Origin: Gloeobacterales cyanobacterium
Lineage (GTDB): Bacteria > Cyanobacteriota > Cyanobacteriia > Gloeobacterales > PMM-0068
Reading direction: 5' to 3'
Assembly: GCA_038245785.1 (NCBI GenBank)
Contig: JBBRSB010000036.1
Coordinates: 1-45,728, forward strand
Length of the DNA stretch: 45,728 bases
Part shown: positions 18,250-27,307 of the stretch, piece after piece
How positions within the stretch are numbered: the first letter of the stretch is position 1
How the letters are laid out: every line of letters begins with the position of its first letter
The notes under the pieces: model-generated
What the model saw: the letters and a program-made list of their open reading frames with translations, nothing else
What the model was told of the DNA's origin: nothing
Database searches by the model: none
Translations under genes and position numbers: made by a program

Positions 18250-18920
18250 CAGCCCATATCCTCCTGGTTGAAGATGAAGTCAAACTGGCTCGCTTTCTGG
18301 AGCTGGAACTGAGTAGCGAAGGCTATCGGATCAGTGTCGCTCATGATGGTATCGAGGGGCTAACACTCGCTCGCGAGTCATCTCCTGATTTAGCGGTTCT
18401 AGATTGGATGCTGCCAAGGTTGACCGGAGTAGAAGTCTGTCGTCGGCTACGAGCAACCGGAAGTAAGATACCGATTATTTTGCTAACGGCCAAAGATGAA
18501 GTAGGCGACCGAGTAGCAGGTTTGGATGCTGGAGCAGACGACTATGTGGTCAAACCGTTCAGTATTGAGGAGCTGCTCGCCAGAATCCGTGCTCATCTGC
18601 GGCGAAACCATGAACCTGATGCGGATTTGCTGCAGTTTGAAGATTTAAGTCTCCATCGCCGCACCCGCGAGGTATTTCGAGAGAAGCGAGGAATTGATTT
18701 AACGGCTAAAGAATTTGACCTTTTGGAATATCTACTCAGCCATCCTCGACAAGTAATTACGCGGGAGCAAATTTTAGAAAAGGTCTGGGGATACGACTTT
18801 ATGGGTGATTCCAATATTATCGAGGTCTATATCCGCTATCTACGTCTCAAGATGGAAGAACAGAATGAAAAGCGCTTGATTCATACGGTGCGTGGTGTCG
18901 GCTATGCTTTGCGGGAGTAG
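18246..18920 (+). CDS. OmpR/PhoB family response regulator
   Basis: ILLVEDE, LDWMLP, LTAKD, GADDYVVKPF, wHTH NIIEVYIRYLR..IHTVRGVGY; ATGA overlap with the kinase. Confidence 0.95.
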   Translation: MTAHILLVEDEVKLARFLELELSSEGYRISVAHDGIEGLTLARESSPDLAVLDWMLPRLTGVEVCRRLRATGSKIPIILLTAKDEVGDRVAGLDAGADDYVVKPFSIEELLARIRAHLRRNHEPDADLLQFEDLSLHRRTREVFREKRGIDLTAKEFDLLEYLLSHPRQVITREQILEKVWGYDFMGDSNIIEVYIRYLRLKMEEQNEKRLIHTVRGVGYALRE

Positions 18921-18925
18921 TTTTC

Positions 18926-19756
18926 ATGACTACCAAACTCCTGGTCGGTGATTGCTTTCCTGATTTTGAATTACCCAATCACCAGAACGAAACGATACAG
19001 CTCTCCCATCTCTCTCAGCCCAGCCTTATGGACCAAAAGTTGGGGTTTTTGGATGGTTATCCCCTGATCCTCGTCTTCTATCGTGGTTTCTTCTGTCCTC
19101 GTGATCGCCAACAATTTCGTCAGCTTGTGCAATTTCAAGATGAGCTAGCGGTCAACTATGGCAAGCTCGCCGTGGTTAGTGCAGATCCACCGATTGTGCA
19201 AGCGGCTTTTCGAGCGGGTCTAGGGGCACAGTGGCAATTTTTGTCCGATGAACAGCGAGCGATCATTAAACAGATCAACATCCTGGATGAAACCGAAGGC
19301 GAGTACGCTTATCGTGCTCAACCCTACACCTTCGTATTGCAACCGGATCTGACCATCTACAAAATCTACAACGGTTGGTTCTTTGTCGGACGACCGACCA
19401 TTGAAGAACTAAGGCTGGATCTGCGGGCCATTATGGAAACCCAGTCTAATTATCGCTATGAGGCGTACAATACCCCGGCCGTGAAGCAAATCCGGATTCC
19501 CCAACAAGAGTGGGCAGATGGTTCTTCACCATTGGGTGCCAGTGGCTTACCCGTCGGTCAGGGCATTGTAGGCTGGTTCGATCTCCAGTCCGGTAACGGA
19601 ATGATTCTCAGAGATGGAACGAAGGATCAGATATTTTTCAATTTCACTGCCATTCCCGGTGAAGGTTACCGCACACTGCAAGCAGGTACATCCGTAAACT
19701 TTGAGATTGTTGAAAGCAAAGCGGGTTTAACAGCCCGCAATGTTCAAAAACAATGA
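18926..19756 (+). CDS. Redoxin (AhpC/TSA-like) domain fused to a C-terminal cold-shock domain
   Basis: GDCFPDFELPN..VFYRGFFCPRD redoxin N-terminus; GIVGWFDLQSGNGMI..IFFNFTAIPGEGYRTLQAGTSVNFEI..GLTARNV matches a CSD. Confidence 0.85.
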   Translation: MTTKLLVGDCFPDFELPNHQNETIQLSHLSQPSLMDQKLGFLDGYPLILVFYRGFFCPRDRQQFRQLVQFQDELAVNYGKLAVVSADPPIVQAAFRAGLGAQWQFLSDEQRAIIKQINILDETEGEYAYRAQPYTFVLQPDLTIYKIYNGWFFVGRPTIEELRLDLRAIMETQSNYRYEAYNTPAVKQIRIPQQEWADGSSPLGASGLPVGQGIVGWFDLQSGNGMILRDGTKDQIFFNFTAIPGEGYRTLQAGTSVNFEIVESKAGLTARNVQKQ

Positions 19757-19769
19757 AGGTCTTACCTGC

Positions 19770-21395
19770 TCACGGATAAATGCCAGGAATATTGAGCCGA
19801 ATTCGATAGATTCCCGTTTGGGCGGCTAGGTAGAGTGTTTTACCATCTGCATCACCCCAGGCCAGATTGTGGGGATGTTCAGAACCGACGATTGTCCCCA
19901 GATGCTTGCCTTCCGGGGATAAAATCCACAAACCACCTGGCCCCGAAACATACACATTGCCTTTCTGATCGACCTTGATCCCATCGATTGCATCCTCGCC
20001 CGGTGCCTTCGTCATGTCGTAGAACACTTTGCCCTTGGACAACGTGCCATCGGCATTAACCTCATAGCGCATCACTACTTTATAGTACTCATCCCAATCC
20101 CCCACATATAGGTACTTTTCATCCGGAGAAAACGCGAGGCCATTAGGACCGCTTAGCTCTTTGGTGAGCAATTGCAACTTGTCCTTGAACAGACGAAATA
20201 CACCACTGTAGGGTAGTTCCTTTCGTGGATCTTTGTCGGACTGGGGCAATCCAAAGGGCGGATCGGTGAAGTAGAGGGCACCGTCTGATTTGTAGACTAG
20301 ATCATTGGGGCTGTTAAGGCGCTTACCCTCGTAGCGGTTAGCCAGCACCGTCAAAACACCATTCTTTTCCAGACGGGTAATACGCCGATTGCCATGCTCG
20401 TTGATCGTCAGCCGACCCTCTTTGTCCAAGGTGAGGCCATTTGATCCGGGCTGTTTATAGGCACCAATGTCTAGGCCCGCATAGCCGCTTTTGGTGCGAA
20501 ACACCGAGACTTGCCCTTCGGGAGACCAGCGATAAATGGTGTTAGCGTTAGGGTCACTGAACAGCAGATAACCGCCATCCCGCACCCAGACTGGCCCCTC
20601 TGTAAACTGGAAGCCACTGGCAAGCTTTTCGATTCTGGCATTGGGGGGCACGATCGCATCCAACGCTGGATCTAGACGAATAATTTTGCCCCCGGCATCC
20701 GGCTGGATTTTGCCAACAGCCCCTGGTTTGTAAAAATCCAACGTAGCCGAGCGAATCCAGATGAAGTTACTAGGTGGGCTAGAGAGGGGGCCATTTGCAC
20801 CAAAGACGGCGAGCTGAAACTTTTGTCCCGGTTTAACATTGCGCCCTACTATCACTCGATTGGGTGCGTTATAGCCTTTGATTAAATTGCCTCCCGTTTG
20901 TCCTAAAACCAAGGGAAGCTGCCCATTCACCCAGACTTCGGCATAGTCGTCTACAACAATTTCAAAGACAACATCAGATCCCGTAGGGTCAAAGTTGCCT
21001 AGTTTTTGGGGAATAGTGACGTTGAGCCGATACCAGTTGAAGCAGAGTTTGCCCGTGCAACGGCGTTGATCCAGGGTGTCAGGCGCAATCGTTTCCCATT
21101 GCGAGTCATCAAAGTTCGCTACTCCAGCTTGGGGTGTTACATCGTAGGTTTTATTGGGGGAACCAGATGCTTTGCGGTCTGCTCCGGGATTGCGGAAATC
21201 GACTTCGACGATTTTGGCATCGCTATAGCGCCATTGCCCTTTGACTGAGGTAGTTCCTTCAGGGGTTACGAGATTGACAACCGCCGTCGGATTGACCGCT
21301 GGTGCATCCTGGGTGATTTGAGCATTCGCTTTCAATCCTGGAACCGTCAGCGTAAGGAGGGTTGAAAGCAATAGAGCTTCAATTTGATGTTTCAT
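19770..21395 (-). CDS. Secreted SMP-30/gluconolactonase with N-terminal sugar-binding-like domain
   Basis: Signal peptide; FQFTEGPVW, GSNGL, LNSPNDL, GPNGLAFSPD, DGIKVD; N-domain WYR..VDDYAEVWVNG; ATG 21395 with AAGGGAG SD. Confidence 0.9.
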   Translation of the reverse strand: MKHQIEALLLSTLLTLTVPGLKANAQITQDAPAVNPTAVVNLVTPEGTTSVKGQWRYSDAKIVEVDFRNPGADRKASGSPNKTYDVTPQAGVANFDDSQWETIAPDTLDQRRCTGKLCFNWYRLNVTIPQKLGNFDPTGSDVVFEIVVDDYAEVWVNGQLPLVLGQTGGNLIKGYNAPNRVIVGRNVKPGQKFQLAVFGANGPLSSPPSNFIWIRSATLDFYKPGAVGKIQPDAGGKIIRLDPALDAIVPPNARIEKLASGFQFTEGPVWVRDGGYLLFSDPNANTIYRWSPEGQVSVFRTKSGYAGLDIGAYKQPGSNGLTLDKEGRLTINEHGNRRITRLEKNGVLTVLANRYEGKRLNSPNDLVYKSDGALYFTDPPFGLPQSDKDPRKELPYSGVFRLFKDKLQLLTKELSGPNGLAFSPDEKYLYVGDWDEYYKVVMRYEVNADGTLSKGKVFYDMTKAPGEDAIDGIKVDQKGNVYVSGPGGLWILSPEGKHLGTIVGSEHPHNLAWGDADGKTLYLAAQTGIYRIRLNIPGIYP

Positions 21396-21408
21396 AACGA
21401 TTCTCCCT

Positions 21409-21897
21409 TTAAGGCTGCTTGAGCGCATTGGCTCCAGCAAGGGCAATGTCCTCATCCTGTTGAGCGCTCGCCGTGCCGCTCACCCCGACGGCCCCGACAA
21501 TTTGCCCATCCACTTCAATCAGCACTCCTCCCTGGAGCGGGGTAAAGTCTGGCATAGTCACCAGGGCCGTCCGACCTTTATTAATGGAATTTTCAAAGAA
21601 ACTGGTGGGGTGTTTGAAGATGGCTGCAGTGCGGGCTTTGCCGATAGAGACATTGGCACCAGCAGCAAACGTGTTATCCAGGCGCTCCATCAGCATCAGG
21701 TTGCCGCCATCATCGACAACGGCGATGGCACCTCCTGGTGCGTTTTTACTCTTAGCCGCCGCTTCTGCGGCAGTAATTACCTGCTTTGCGCCTTCCAGGG
21801 TGAGTGCTTTCTTGTTGACGACCTGAGCCTGAACCGTAGCAGCGATGGTTGAAAAGACCATAGCCAGTAGTACAGTAGCGCGAATTAATTTTTTCAT
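21409..21897 (-). CDS. GlcG/HbpS family haem-binding protein (DUF336), secreted
   Basis: AIAVVDDGGNL..ERLD..SIGKARTAA..LQGGVLI..IVGAVGVSG..QQDEDIA; N-terminal signal peptide. Confidence 0.92.
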   Translation of the reverse strand: MKKLIRATVLLAMVFSTIAATVQAQVVNKKALTLEGAKQVITAAEAAAKSKNAPGGAIAVVDDGGNLMLMERLDNTFAAGANVSIGKARTAAIFKHPTSFFENSINKGRTALVTMPDFTPLQGGVLIEVDGQIVGAVGVSGTASAQQDEDIALAGANALKQP

Positions 21898-21900
21898 CGG

Positions 21901-22668
21901 TTATTTCTCTGGATAAATCGTGACCCGCATCACTTTGCTCGTGTCAAAATTAGGCTGATCTTTGACCACTTGCACTACGCCATTCTCGACGGGGCCTGTA
22001 TTGGGAGCTTTCTGACGCGGTCCCTGGTTCGGTCCAATCCCAGGTTCTTCATCAACTTCTGTACCGGCATTCCAAAGCAGAATTTGAGAGGTAACATCAC
22101 CGCTGATTGGTTTGCCCTCCGCATCAAATAAGGCAATGCCTGCTTCATCGGGGGCATAGAACCAGTCGTTGGATTGTCCAAACATGGTGTCCAAGGAAAA
22201 CCGTTGTCCTGGAGTGGCGCTGACCGTAAACTCGAAGATTTGACCAGGGCGGATTCCGCCTACTTTTGCCGCTCCCACTGCCGTATTAAACACTGCGCTA
22301 GAGCGAACCTCCTGCTGGTTCTGGAGTGATTTCGCCAACGGGGTTGGGTCACCGTCTTCGGCGATCGCCTCTACCCCTAGGTTTCGATCTTTCTGCTCAA
22401 CGCTAAACAGAGGAGCGTTTTGGGTGTGGATTAACCAAACGCCCGGTGAAAAGTCCAGTGTCCATTTCGTTCCATTGGAGGCTGTAAATCCATCTTTCGT
22501 GGAGATGTTCTCGATCCGAATTTTGAATTGGGTAACCTGTGATTGTGCTGTTTGTGATTCAGTTGTTTTGGGAAGCAGAGGGCCTCCTTTGGAGAATCCG
22601 GCAGTTTGTGTGCCGATCACCACTGCGATCACTAAAGCTGCACCCATAGCCGATTTACGGAACTGCAT
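21901..22668 (-). CDS. Secreted spondin_N domain protein
   Basis: FSPGVW..H, IAEDGDP, TMFGQSNDWFYAP, LWNAGTEVDEEPG; signal peptide; ATG at 22668. Confidence 0.88.
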   Translation of the reverse strand: MQFRKSAMGAALVIAVVIGTQTAGFSKGGPLLPKTTESQTAQSQVTQFKIRIENISTKDGFTASNGTKWTLDFSPGVWLIHTQNAPLFSVEQKDRNLGVEAIAEDGDPTPLAKSLQNQQEVRSSAVFNTAVGAAKVGGIRPGQIFEFTVSATPGQRFSLDTMFGQSNDWFYAPDEAGIALFDAEGKPISGDVTSQILLWNAGTEVDEEPGIGPNQGPRQKAPNTGPVENGVVQVVKDQPNFDTSKVMRVTIYPEK

Positions 22669-22808
22669 AATCAATCTCCTTAAACATTTTGAGTAATTAG
22701 CTATCAGCCTTTTTTATGGGAATTTACTTTTCCCGAAGGTGTGCTGAACTTAACTATGATTAAAAACCAGCGACCTTAGACTGACCTGATAGCGAAAGTT
22801 GGGCTAAA

Positions 22809-22834
22809 TAAGGCTTTCCTGAAAGAAAGATGAG
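22809..22834 (-). promoter_or_regulatory. Phased CTCA-N7-TTCA-N7-CTTA repeats upstream of the spondin operon
   Basis: Forward-strand TGAG 22831, TGAA 22820, TAAG 22809. Confidence 0.55.
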
Positions 22835-22859
22835 AATCAAAAATTGATGGCGGTCTCTA

Positions 22860-23003
22860 TTAGTTTTTGGTAAGAGCAACACACTGTTTCAGATTTAGCT
22901 TAAGGATCAGGATTTTTTTGCCGCTGGGGGCCAATTTATAAGCCAAAGTTCCGCCTCCAGCACCTGTGCCGATGATAATGAGGTCATAATGATCAGTAGC
23001 CAT
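22860..23003 (-). pseudogene. Truncated N-terminal fragment of a GMC oxidoreductase paralogue
   Basis: MATDHYDLIIIGTGAGGGTLAYKLAPSGKKILIL then unrelated sequence and stop; nearly identical to the N-terminus of 28442-30019. Confidence 0.85.
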
Positions 23004-23083
23004 ATTGTTTCTCCAACGGATTGAGGGACAAATTTGATCGTTTGTTGAGAAAATAGAAATCGAACGGTAGAGGTTTAAAACCC

Positions 23084-23308
23084 TTGAATATCTCTCTAAA
23101 GCCTGAGCATGAGCGCTTTATTCAATCGCAAATTGAGACAGGAAAATATACAAGCCCAGATGAAGTAATTAACGAAGCGTTCAAGGTGCTAGCAGAACGA
23201 GAACATCATCTAAAAGAACTCCGTCAGCAAATTGCTATTGGGACTGAACAGATTGCCAACGGAAAGGTCACCGACGGCGAGATAGTGTTTGCAAGGTTAC
23301 TCTCCTAG
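23084..23308 (+). CDS. ParD-like ribbon-helix-helix antitoxin, probably C-terminally clipped
   Basis: MNISLKPEHERFIQSQIETGKYTSPDEVINEAFKVL..LRQQIAIG.EQI..G.VTDGE.VF. Confidence 0.82.
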   Translation: MNISLKPEHERFIQSQIETGKYTSPDEVINEAFKVLAEREHHLKELRQQIAIGTEQIANGKVTDGEIVFARLLS

Positions 23309-23372
23309 AGAGAATGGAATCGATATTGCCCGTGTGGTCAGTGGATATCGTGATTTAGAAGCATTGTTTTAG
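23298..23372 (+). pseudogene. C-terminal remnant of a ParE/RelE toxin
   Basis: Reads YSPRENGIDIARVVSGYRDLEALF*, the typical ParE C-terminus; rest of gene absent. Confidence 0.78.
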
Positions 23373-23396
23373 TTCCTCGAACGTCATCTGAACGGA

Positions 23397-24713
23397 TTAA
23401 AGCTCAAGAACCACACTGGAGGTTTTAGGCTTAGAAATGCAGATCAGCACTGAACCATCGGCGATCGCAGCAGTAGGTTCTTCCTGATACTCCACCTCCC
23501 CCTCCAGGATTTTGCACATACAGGTGCCGCAAATGCCCTGGCGACAACTGTAGGCAGGGTTCAGATCGTTAGCTTCGGCAAACTCCAAAATGCTGTCATA
23601 ACCCGATTGCCAGGTCAGCGTTTTAGCAGACTTCGCAAAGACGATCTCAGTCCCCTCAGACACTTCCGAAGCCAGAGGGATACTTTCAAACGTCATAGTC
23701 CGCACTTTCATGAATAACTCAAAAAACACGCGATCGTCAGGAACGCCCCAGGCCCTAAGTCCTTCCCTAAGCGATTGTAAAAAAGGAGGCGAACCGCATA
23801 GGAAGAACTCCGCCTCCTGCGTGACCAACGTTTGGATCAAGGCTGTATCGATGTACCCAGTACTTTGGAAATGGCCTTCATCCTCAGGCTGGGGGCGACT
23901 ATAGGCAAAATGAATTCGCAGGTTAGGGTTCTGCTCGGCAAGTGCCAATACCTCGTCCCGGAAGGCATGATATCGACCCTCTCGGGCTCCATGCAAAAAA
24001 TAGAGGGGCCGATCAGGGTTGAGACGGCTGCAGGCTTTCGCCATGCTGATCATCGGTGTAATTCCAACGCCATTGCTGACCAATACGGCGGGTATCGATT
24101 TGCGGATATCAAGCACAAATTTGCCGCTGGGCGGTTTGGCTGGAATCACCGAGCCTTCGTGGACGAAATCGTACATGAAGTTTGAGGAGAGTCCTGGCGG
24201 TACATCCTGGCCCCTGGGGGCAGGTTCACGCTTAATCGATAGCCGATAGTAGTCGCAGGGTTCAGGATAGTCGGATAGCGAGTAGGTGCGAATAATAGAC
24301 TTTACCTGTCCAGGAATATCCAGCTTGATCGTTAAATATTGCCCTGGCTGAAAGTTTGGAATTTCGCCGCCGTCTTCAGGCTTCAGGTAGAACGAAGTAA
24401 TTTCTTCACTCTCTCTTACCTTGCGAATGACCATAAAATTGCGCCAATCTTTCCAGGTCTGACCATCAGCAGTAGATGGAGCAACTAAGCTGGAGGACTC
24501 CTGCGCTTTCCCTGCATAGACTAACCCCAGCAACGCCCCACATCCTGTTCCCAACAGTGAGATATAGACTCCCCATTGATAGGCAGATTGGTCCTTGGGG
24601 TTTATTGCAATGATCGCTACAGCGCTCACCAAAGTGATAGCGGAGAGGGCCGTTGCAGCAGCAGTCAAGCTCCTGACTATAGGGTTTTGAATTCTTCCTA
24701 AGCTTTCGAACAT
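23397..24713 (-). CDS. Membrane-anchored FAD/NAD(P)H oxidoreductase (FNR-like) with C-terminal 2Fe-2S ferredoxin
   Basis: Two N-terminal TMs; FQPGQYL, RTYSLS, GVGITP, LCGSPPF; CRQGICGTC...C. Confidence 0.9.
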   Translation of the reverse strand: MFESLGRIQNPIVRSLTAAATALSAITLVSAVAIIAINPKDQSAYQWGVYISLLGTGCGALLGLVYAGKAQESSSLVAPSTADGQTWKDWRNFMVIRKVRESEEITSFYLKPEDGGEIPNFQPGQYLTIKLDIPGQVKSIIRTYSLSDYPEPCDYYRLSIKREPAPRGQDVPPGLSSNFMYDFVHEGSVIPAKPPSGKFVLDIRKSIPAVLVSNGVGITPMISMAKACSRLNPDRPLYFLHGAREGRYHAFRDEVLALAEQNPNLRIHFAYSRPQPEDEGHFQSTGYIDTALIQTLVTQEAEFFLCGSPPFLQSLREGLRAWGVPDDRVFFELFMKVRTMTFESIPLASEVSEGTEIVFAKSAKTLTWQSGYDSILEFAEANDLNPAYSCRQGICGTCMCKILEGEVEYQEEPTAAIADGSVLICISKPKTSSVVLEL

Positions 24714-24737
24714 GGATTTCTCCTATGAATGCTTTGC

Positions 24738-24850
24738 GCCCCCCTGCCCCCCATAGCGCAGCTCCCCGTAGGGTATACTCGGGGGTTCTGACTCAAAGTC
24801 CCCCAGTATTGGGGGATTTAGGCTTCCCTGAGCGTCAGCCGAACGGGGGC
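24738..24850. repeat. Composite cyanobacterial dispersed repeat with two nested mini-insertions
   Basis: CCCCC..GGGGG hairpin scaffold (TCCCCCAGTATTGGGGGATTTA-GGGGGC) interrupted by about 21-nt (24754-24774) and 24-nt (24821-24844) segments. Confidence 0.7.
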
Positions 24851-24852
24851 AT

Positions 24853-25581
24853 CTATTGAGGCTTCGCCGGAACAGAAGGATTCTGAACAGTACAGGGCTT
24901 CTTATCGCACTGGAGTTCATAGAGTTTCTGCACATAGGGTTCCTGCCAACCGAGAGGAACCTCTAACAATGCCTGCGTTCCAGTAATTCCTTGACCGATA
25001 AAAAGCAAAAAAGCAAAACTATTAAGCACAATATGAACCGTGCGCCAACGATGGGTTTTATCTTGATAAATCTCTTGGAGAATGGCGAGTGAAACAATCA
25101 TCAACACCGCAGCAGTGAGCCCGTAGTAATAGTGCGAGATATACCACTGTTCGGTTTTACGGTAGACTCCATCTTGAGCGCCCAATGCAATTAAACCCAT
25201 ACTGCTTAACGTTGCGAACGCCCCCCGCCACACCCTCGACTTGGCCTGATAGAGCAGGGCCAGAGATGCAATCGTCGCCACAAACATCAGCCCGATTAGA
25301 ACGACCTTAAACGGCTCCTTGCCCCAAACGCCACTCTGAACAATATTGCCGAGCACATCATTCGCCAAGGCTAGTAAAACAAGGCCGACTACACTTCCCG
25401 TTAGCCAGCGGCCAAGCTGGACATGTTCTTGCCCTACGACCGCTGGAATCTTGCTCTTACTGTCTTCAAGGCGACGTTGGCGTACTTGTAGCGCTCGATT
25501 GATAACTATCCCTAATAAGGGGAAGACAACAATCACTGCCGCTACTGGATGCAGTAACAAAATCAGGTCTCGAAATTCCAT
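24853..25581 (-). CDS. DUF4079 membrane protein (cytochrome b561-like)
   Basis: LLLHP..VVFPLLG, EHVQLGRW, SHYYYG, VHIVLN..GQGITG; multiple TMs with four spaced His. Confidence 0.8.
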   Translation of the reverse strand: MEFRDLILLLHPVAAVIVVFPLLGIVINRALQVRQRRLEDSKSKIPAVVGQEHVQLGRWLTGSVVGLVLLALANDVLGNIVQSGVWGKEPFKVVLIGLMFVATIASLALLYQAKSRVWRGAFATLSSMGLIALGAQDGVYRKTEQWYISHYYYGLTAAVLMIVSLAILQEIYQDKTHRWRTVHIVLNSFAFLLFIGQGITGTQALLEVPLGWQEPYVQKLYELQCDKKPCTVQNPSVPAKPQ

Positions 25582-25682
25582 ACAAAACCTCTCTGGAACT
25601 CACGAAAGTCTACGCCCCCCTACCCTAACGGGCATCCCACATTTTCAGGGGGATTGAGTGAGATATCATGAGCAAGTTGTGA

Positions 25683-26066
25683 TTACTTGACTTCAGCAGG
25701 AGCAAACTTTGTAACCTTGCCTTTTTTCACGGCAACAATAACGTCGTACGTTGTACAGAGCGATATGGTGGTGTCGTCAGCTTTGCTATATAGGTTAACC
25801 ACCATCCCTGCACCACCAGGCTGAATACCAATCGGTGTCAGGTCTTTATTTTTGACATATAACTTGCGCATCAACTCAGCACTACCGGGCTTACCTTTTA
25901 CTGCAGTGAGTTGATCGATTTTTTGTTGACTAGTTTCACTATCTGTCATCTTCATTTCTTGAGCAGATGCCTGCACAAGATAAGGGTTAATGGCCTTGAG
26001 CGGTGCATCCCAAAGTGTTACTAAACCAAGCAAAGCACAACTGGTAAGTAAAGAAGTGAATTTCAT
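25683..26066 (-). CDS. Hypothetical secreted protein
   Basis: 127-aa ORF with hydrophobic signal-like N-terminus and GGAG SD. Confidence 0.7.
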   Translation of the reverse strand: MKFTSLLTSCALLGLVTLWDAPLKAINPYLVQASAQEMKMTDSETSQQKIDQLTAVKGKPGSAELMRKLYVKNKDLTPIGIQPGGAGMVVNLYSKADDTTISLCTTYDVIVAVKKGKVTKFAPAEVK

Positions 26067-26167
26067 TTTGGATCTCCAAATGAAGCGACTTTACAAAGAA
26101 TCCCATGAGATGCTGAAATGCATCTGAAGCTAAACGAGAAGTTATCTTAATTTATGGCATTAGAACA

Positions 26168-26193
26168 CTCAGTCACGACTCATCTATTTCTCA
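26168..26193 (+). promoter_or_regulatory. Three perfectly phased CTCA repeats (11-bp period)
   Basis: CTCA at 26168, 26179 and 26190 upstream of the DMT gene. Confidence 0.65.
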
Positions 26194-26253
26194 GAAAAGT
26201 GTAATAGAGTTAAATTTATTCTGACTTTTAGTGTTCTTAGCGCCTTTATTACT

Positions 26254-27303
26254 ATGGCTCAAACCAATCCTTTCCTCCGCAAAATTCCCTCACAAACTTT
26301 TCTCTGGCTTGCCATTGCAATCTTTGGTGCGTCCAGTGCTGTGACCCGGAAGCTCACGGAAATTGGTGCTCAGAACCTTATGGATGGGCGCAATCCAATT
26401 TCGCTGTGCAATGTTTTGTTTGTCGGAAATCTTTGTGCCTTGCTGCTTCTGGTGATGATCCACTGGCGACAGTTGAATCGGATAACGATAGGAAGACTAT
26501 CGGGGAAAGAGTGGTTTGGCTTAGTTCTGGTTGCGCTGCTATCGGGTGCCCTCACCCCTGGATTGATTTTTCAAGCACTCTCGCAAACGGCGGTAAACAA
26601 TGTTGTTCTGGTTGGACGGTTAGAACCGCCGCTTACGCTTGTCTTATCTATTTGGATTCTGCGGGAACGGGTGAATATTTGGGAGCTCATAGGGGCGCTT
26701 GCAGCTTTTATAGGCGTGACCCTGACCATTATCCTCCAGCCTCCCGCCGCAAGCATGATGAATGTTGGAAGCTTTGGTCTCGGGATTGGCGAACTGCTGG
26801 CCTCCCTGGGAGCCGTGGCTTTAGCTATCTCTACCATCATCGTCAAAAAAAGACTCTCCCGCGTTCCTCTAGGGCTTTACAGTATTTTTCGTACCGCCTT
26901 GGGGACGGTCATTTTCTTCTTTTCAGGGCTGCTCCTCTATGGTCACGATCACTTCATGAACGCACTTTCACCATTTCTGTGGCAGTGGATGCTGCTATAC
27001 GGGGCTGTGATTGTAGTGCTGGGTCAGTCATTTTGGATTATGGGTCTACGAGCGTCTACCGTCTCTATGGCTTCTCTAGTGGCTTCCTTTACGCCGATCG
27101 CAGGGATTCTGGCAGCCTATTTCATCCTGGATGAAGCCCCAACCCAGGCTCAATACATCGGCGGCAGCATAATTTTGCTCAGTATTTTGATCAGTCAAAT
27201 TGGCATTCAGCGTAGGGGTTTTGCCAGAAATTTAATGAGTGATACCAGCTCTACTGCGATGGAACAAATTGTAGAGACTCGGATCGGATTTAAGGGGATC
27301 TAG
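26254..27303 (+). CDS. DMT/EamA family transporter
   Basis: About 10 TMs in two EamA repeats; RLEPPL..ILRERV, FTPIAGILAAYFILDEAP. Confidence 0.88.
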   Translation: MAQTNPFLRKIPSQTFLWLAIAIFGASSAVTRKLTEIGAQNLMDGRNPISLCNVLFVGNLCALLLLVMIHWRQLNRITIGRLSGKEWFGLVLVALLSGALTPGLIFQALSQTAVNNVVLVGRLEPPLTLVLSIWILRERVNIWELIGALAAFIGVTLTIILQPPAASMMNVGSFGLGIGELLASLGAVALAISTIIVKKRLSRVPLGLYSIFRTALGTVIFFFSGLLLYGHDHFMNALSPFLWQWMLLYGAVIVVLGQSFWIMGLRASTVSMASLVASFTPIAGILAAYFILDEAPTQAQYIGGSIILLSILISQIGIQRRGFARNLMSDTSSTAMEQIVETRIGFKGI

Positions 27304-27307
27304 AAAC

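Noticed and set aside
19081..19110. Selenocysteine or recoding in the redoxin active site
   Set aside because: Motif is CPRD with no in-frame TGA
26406..27134. 242-aa alternative-frame ORF, and similar shadow ORFs such as 44282-44911
   Set aside because: Fully overlap well-supported genes and lack motifs
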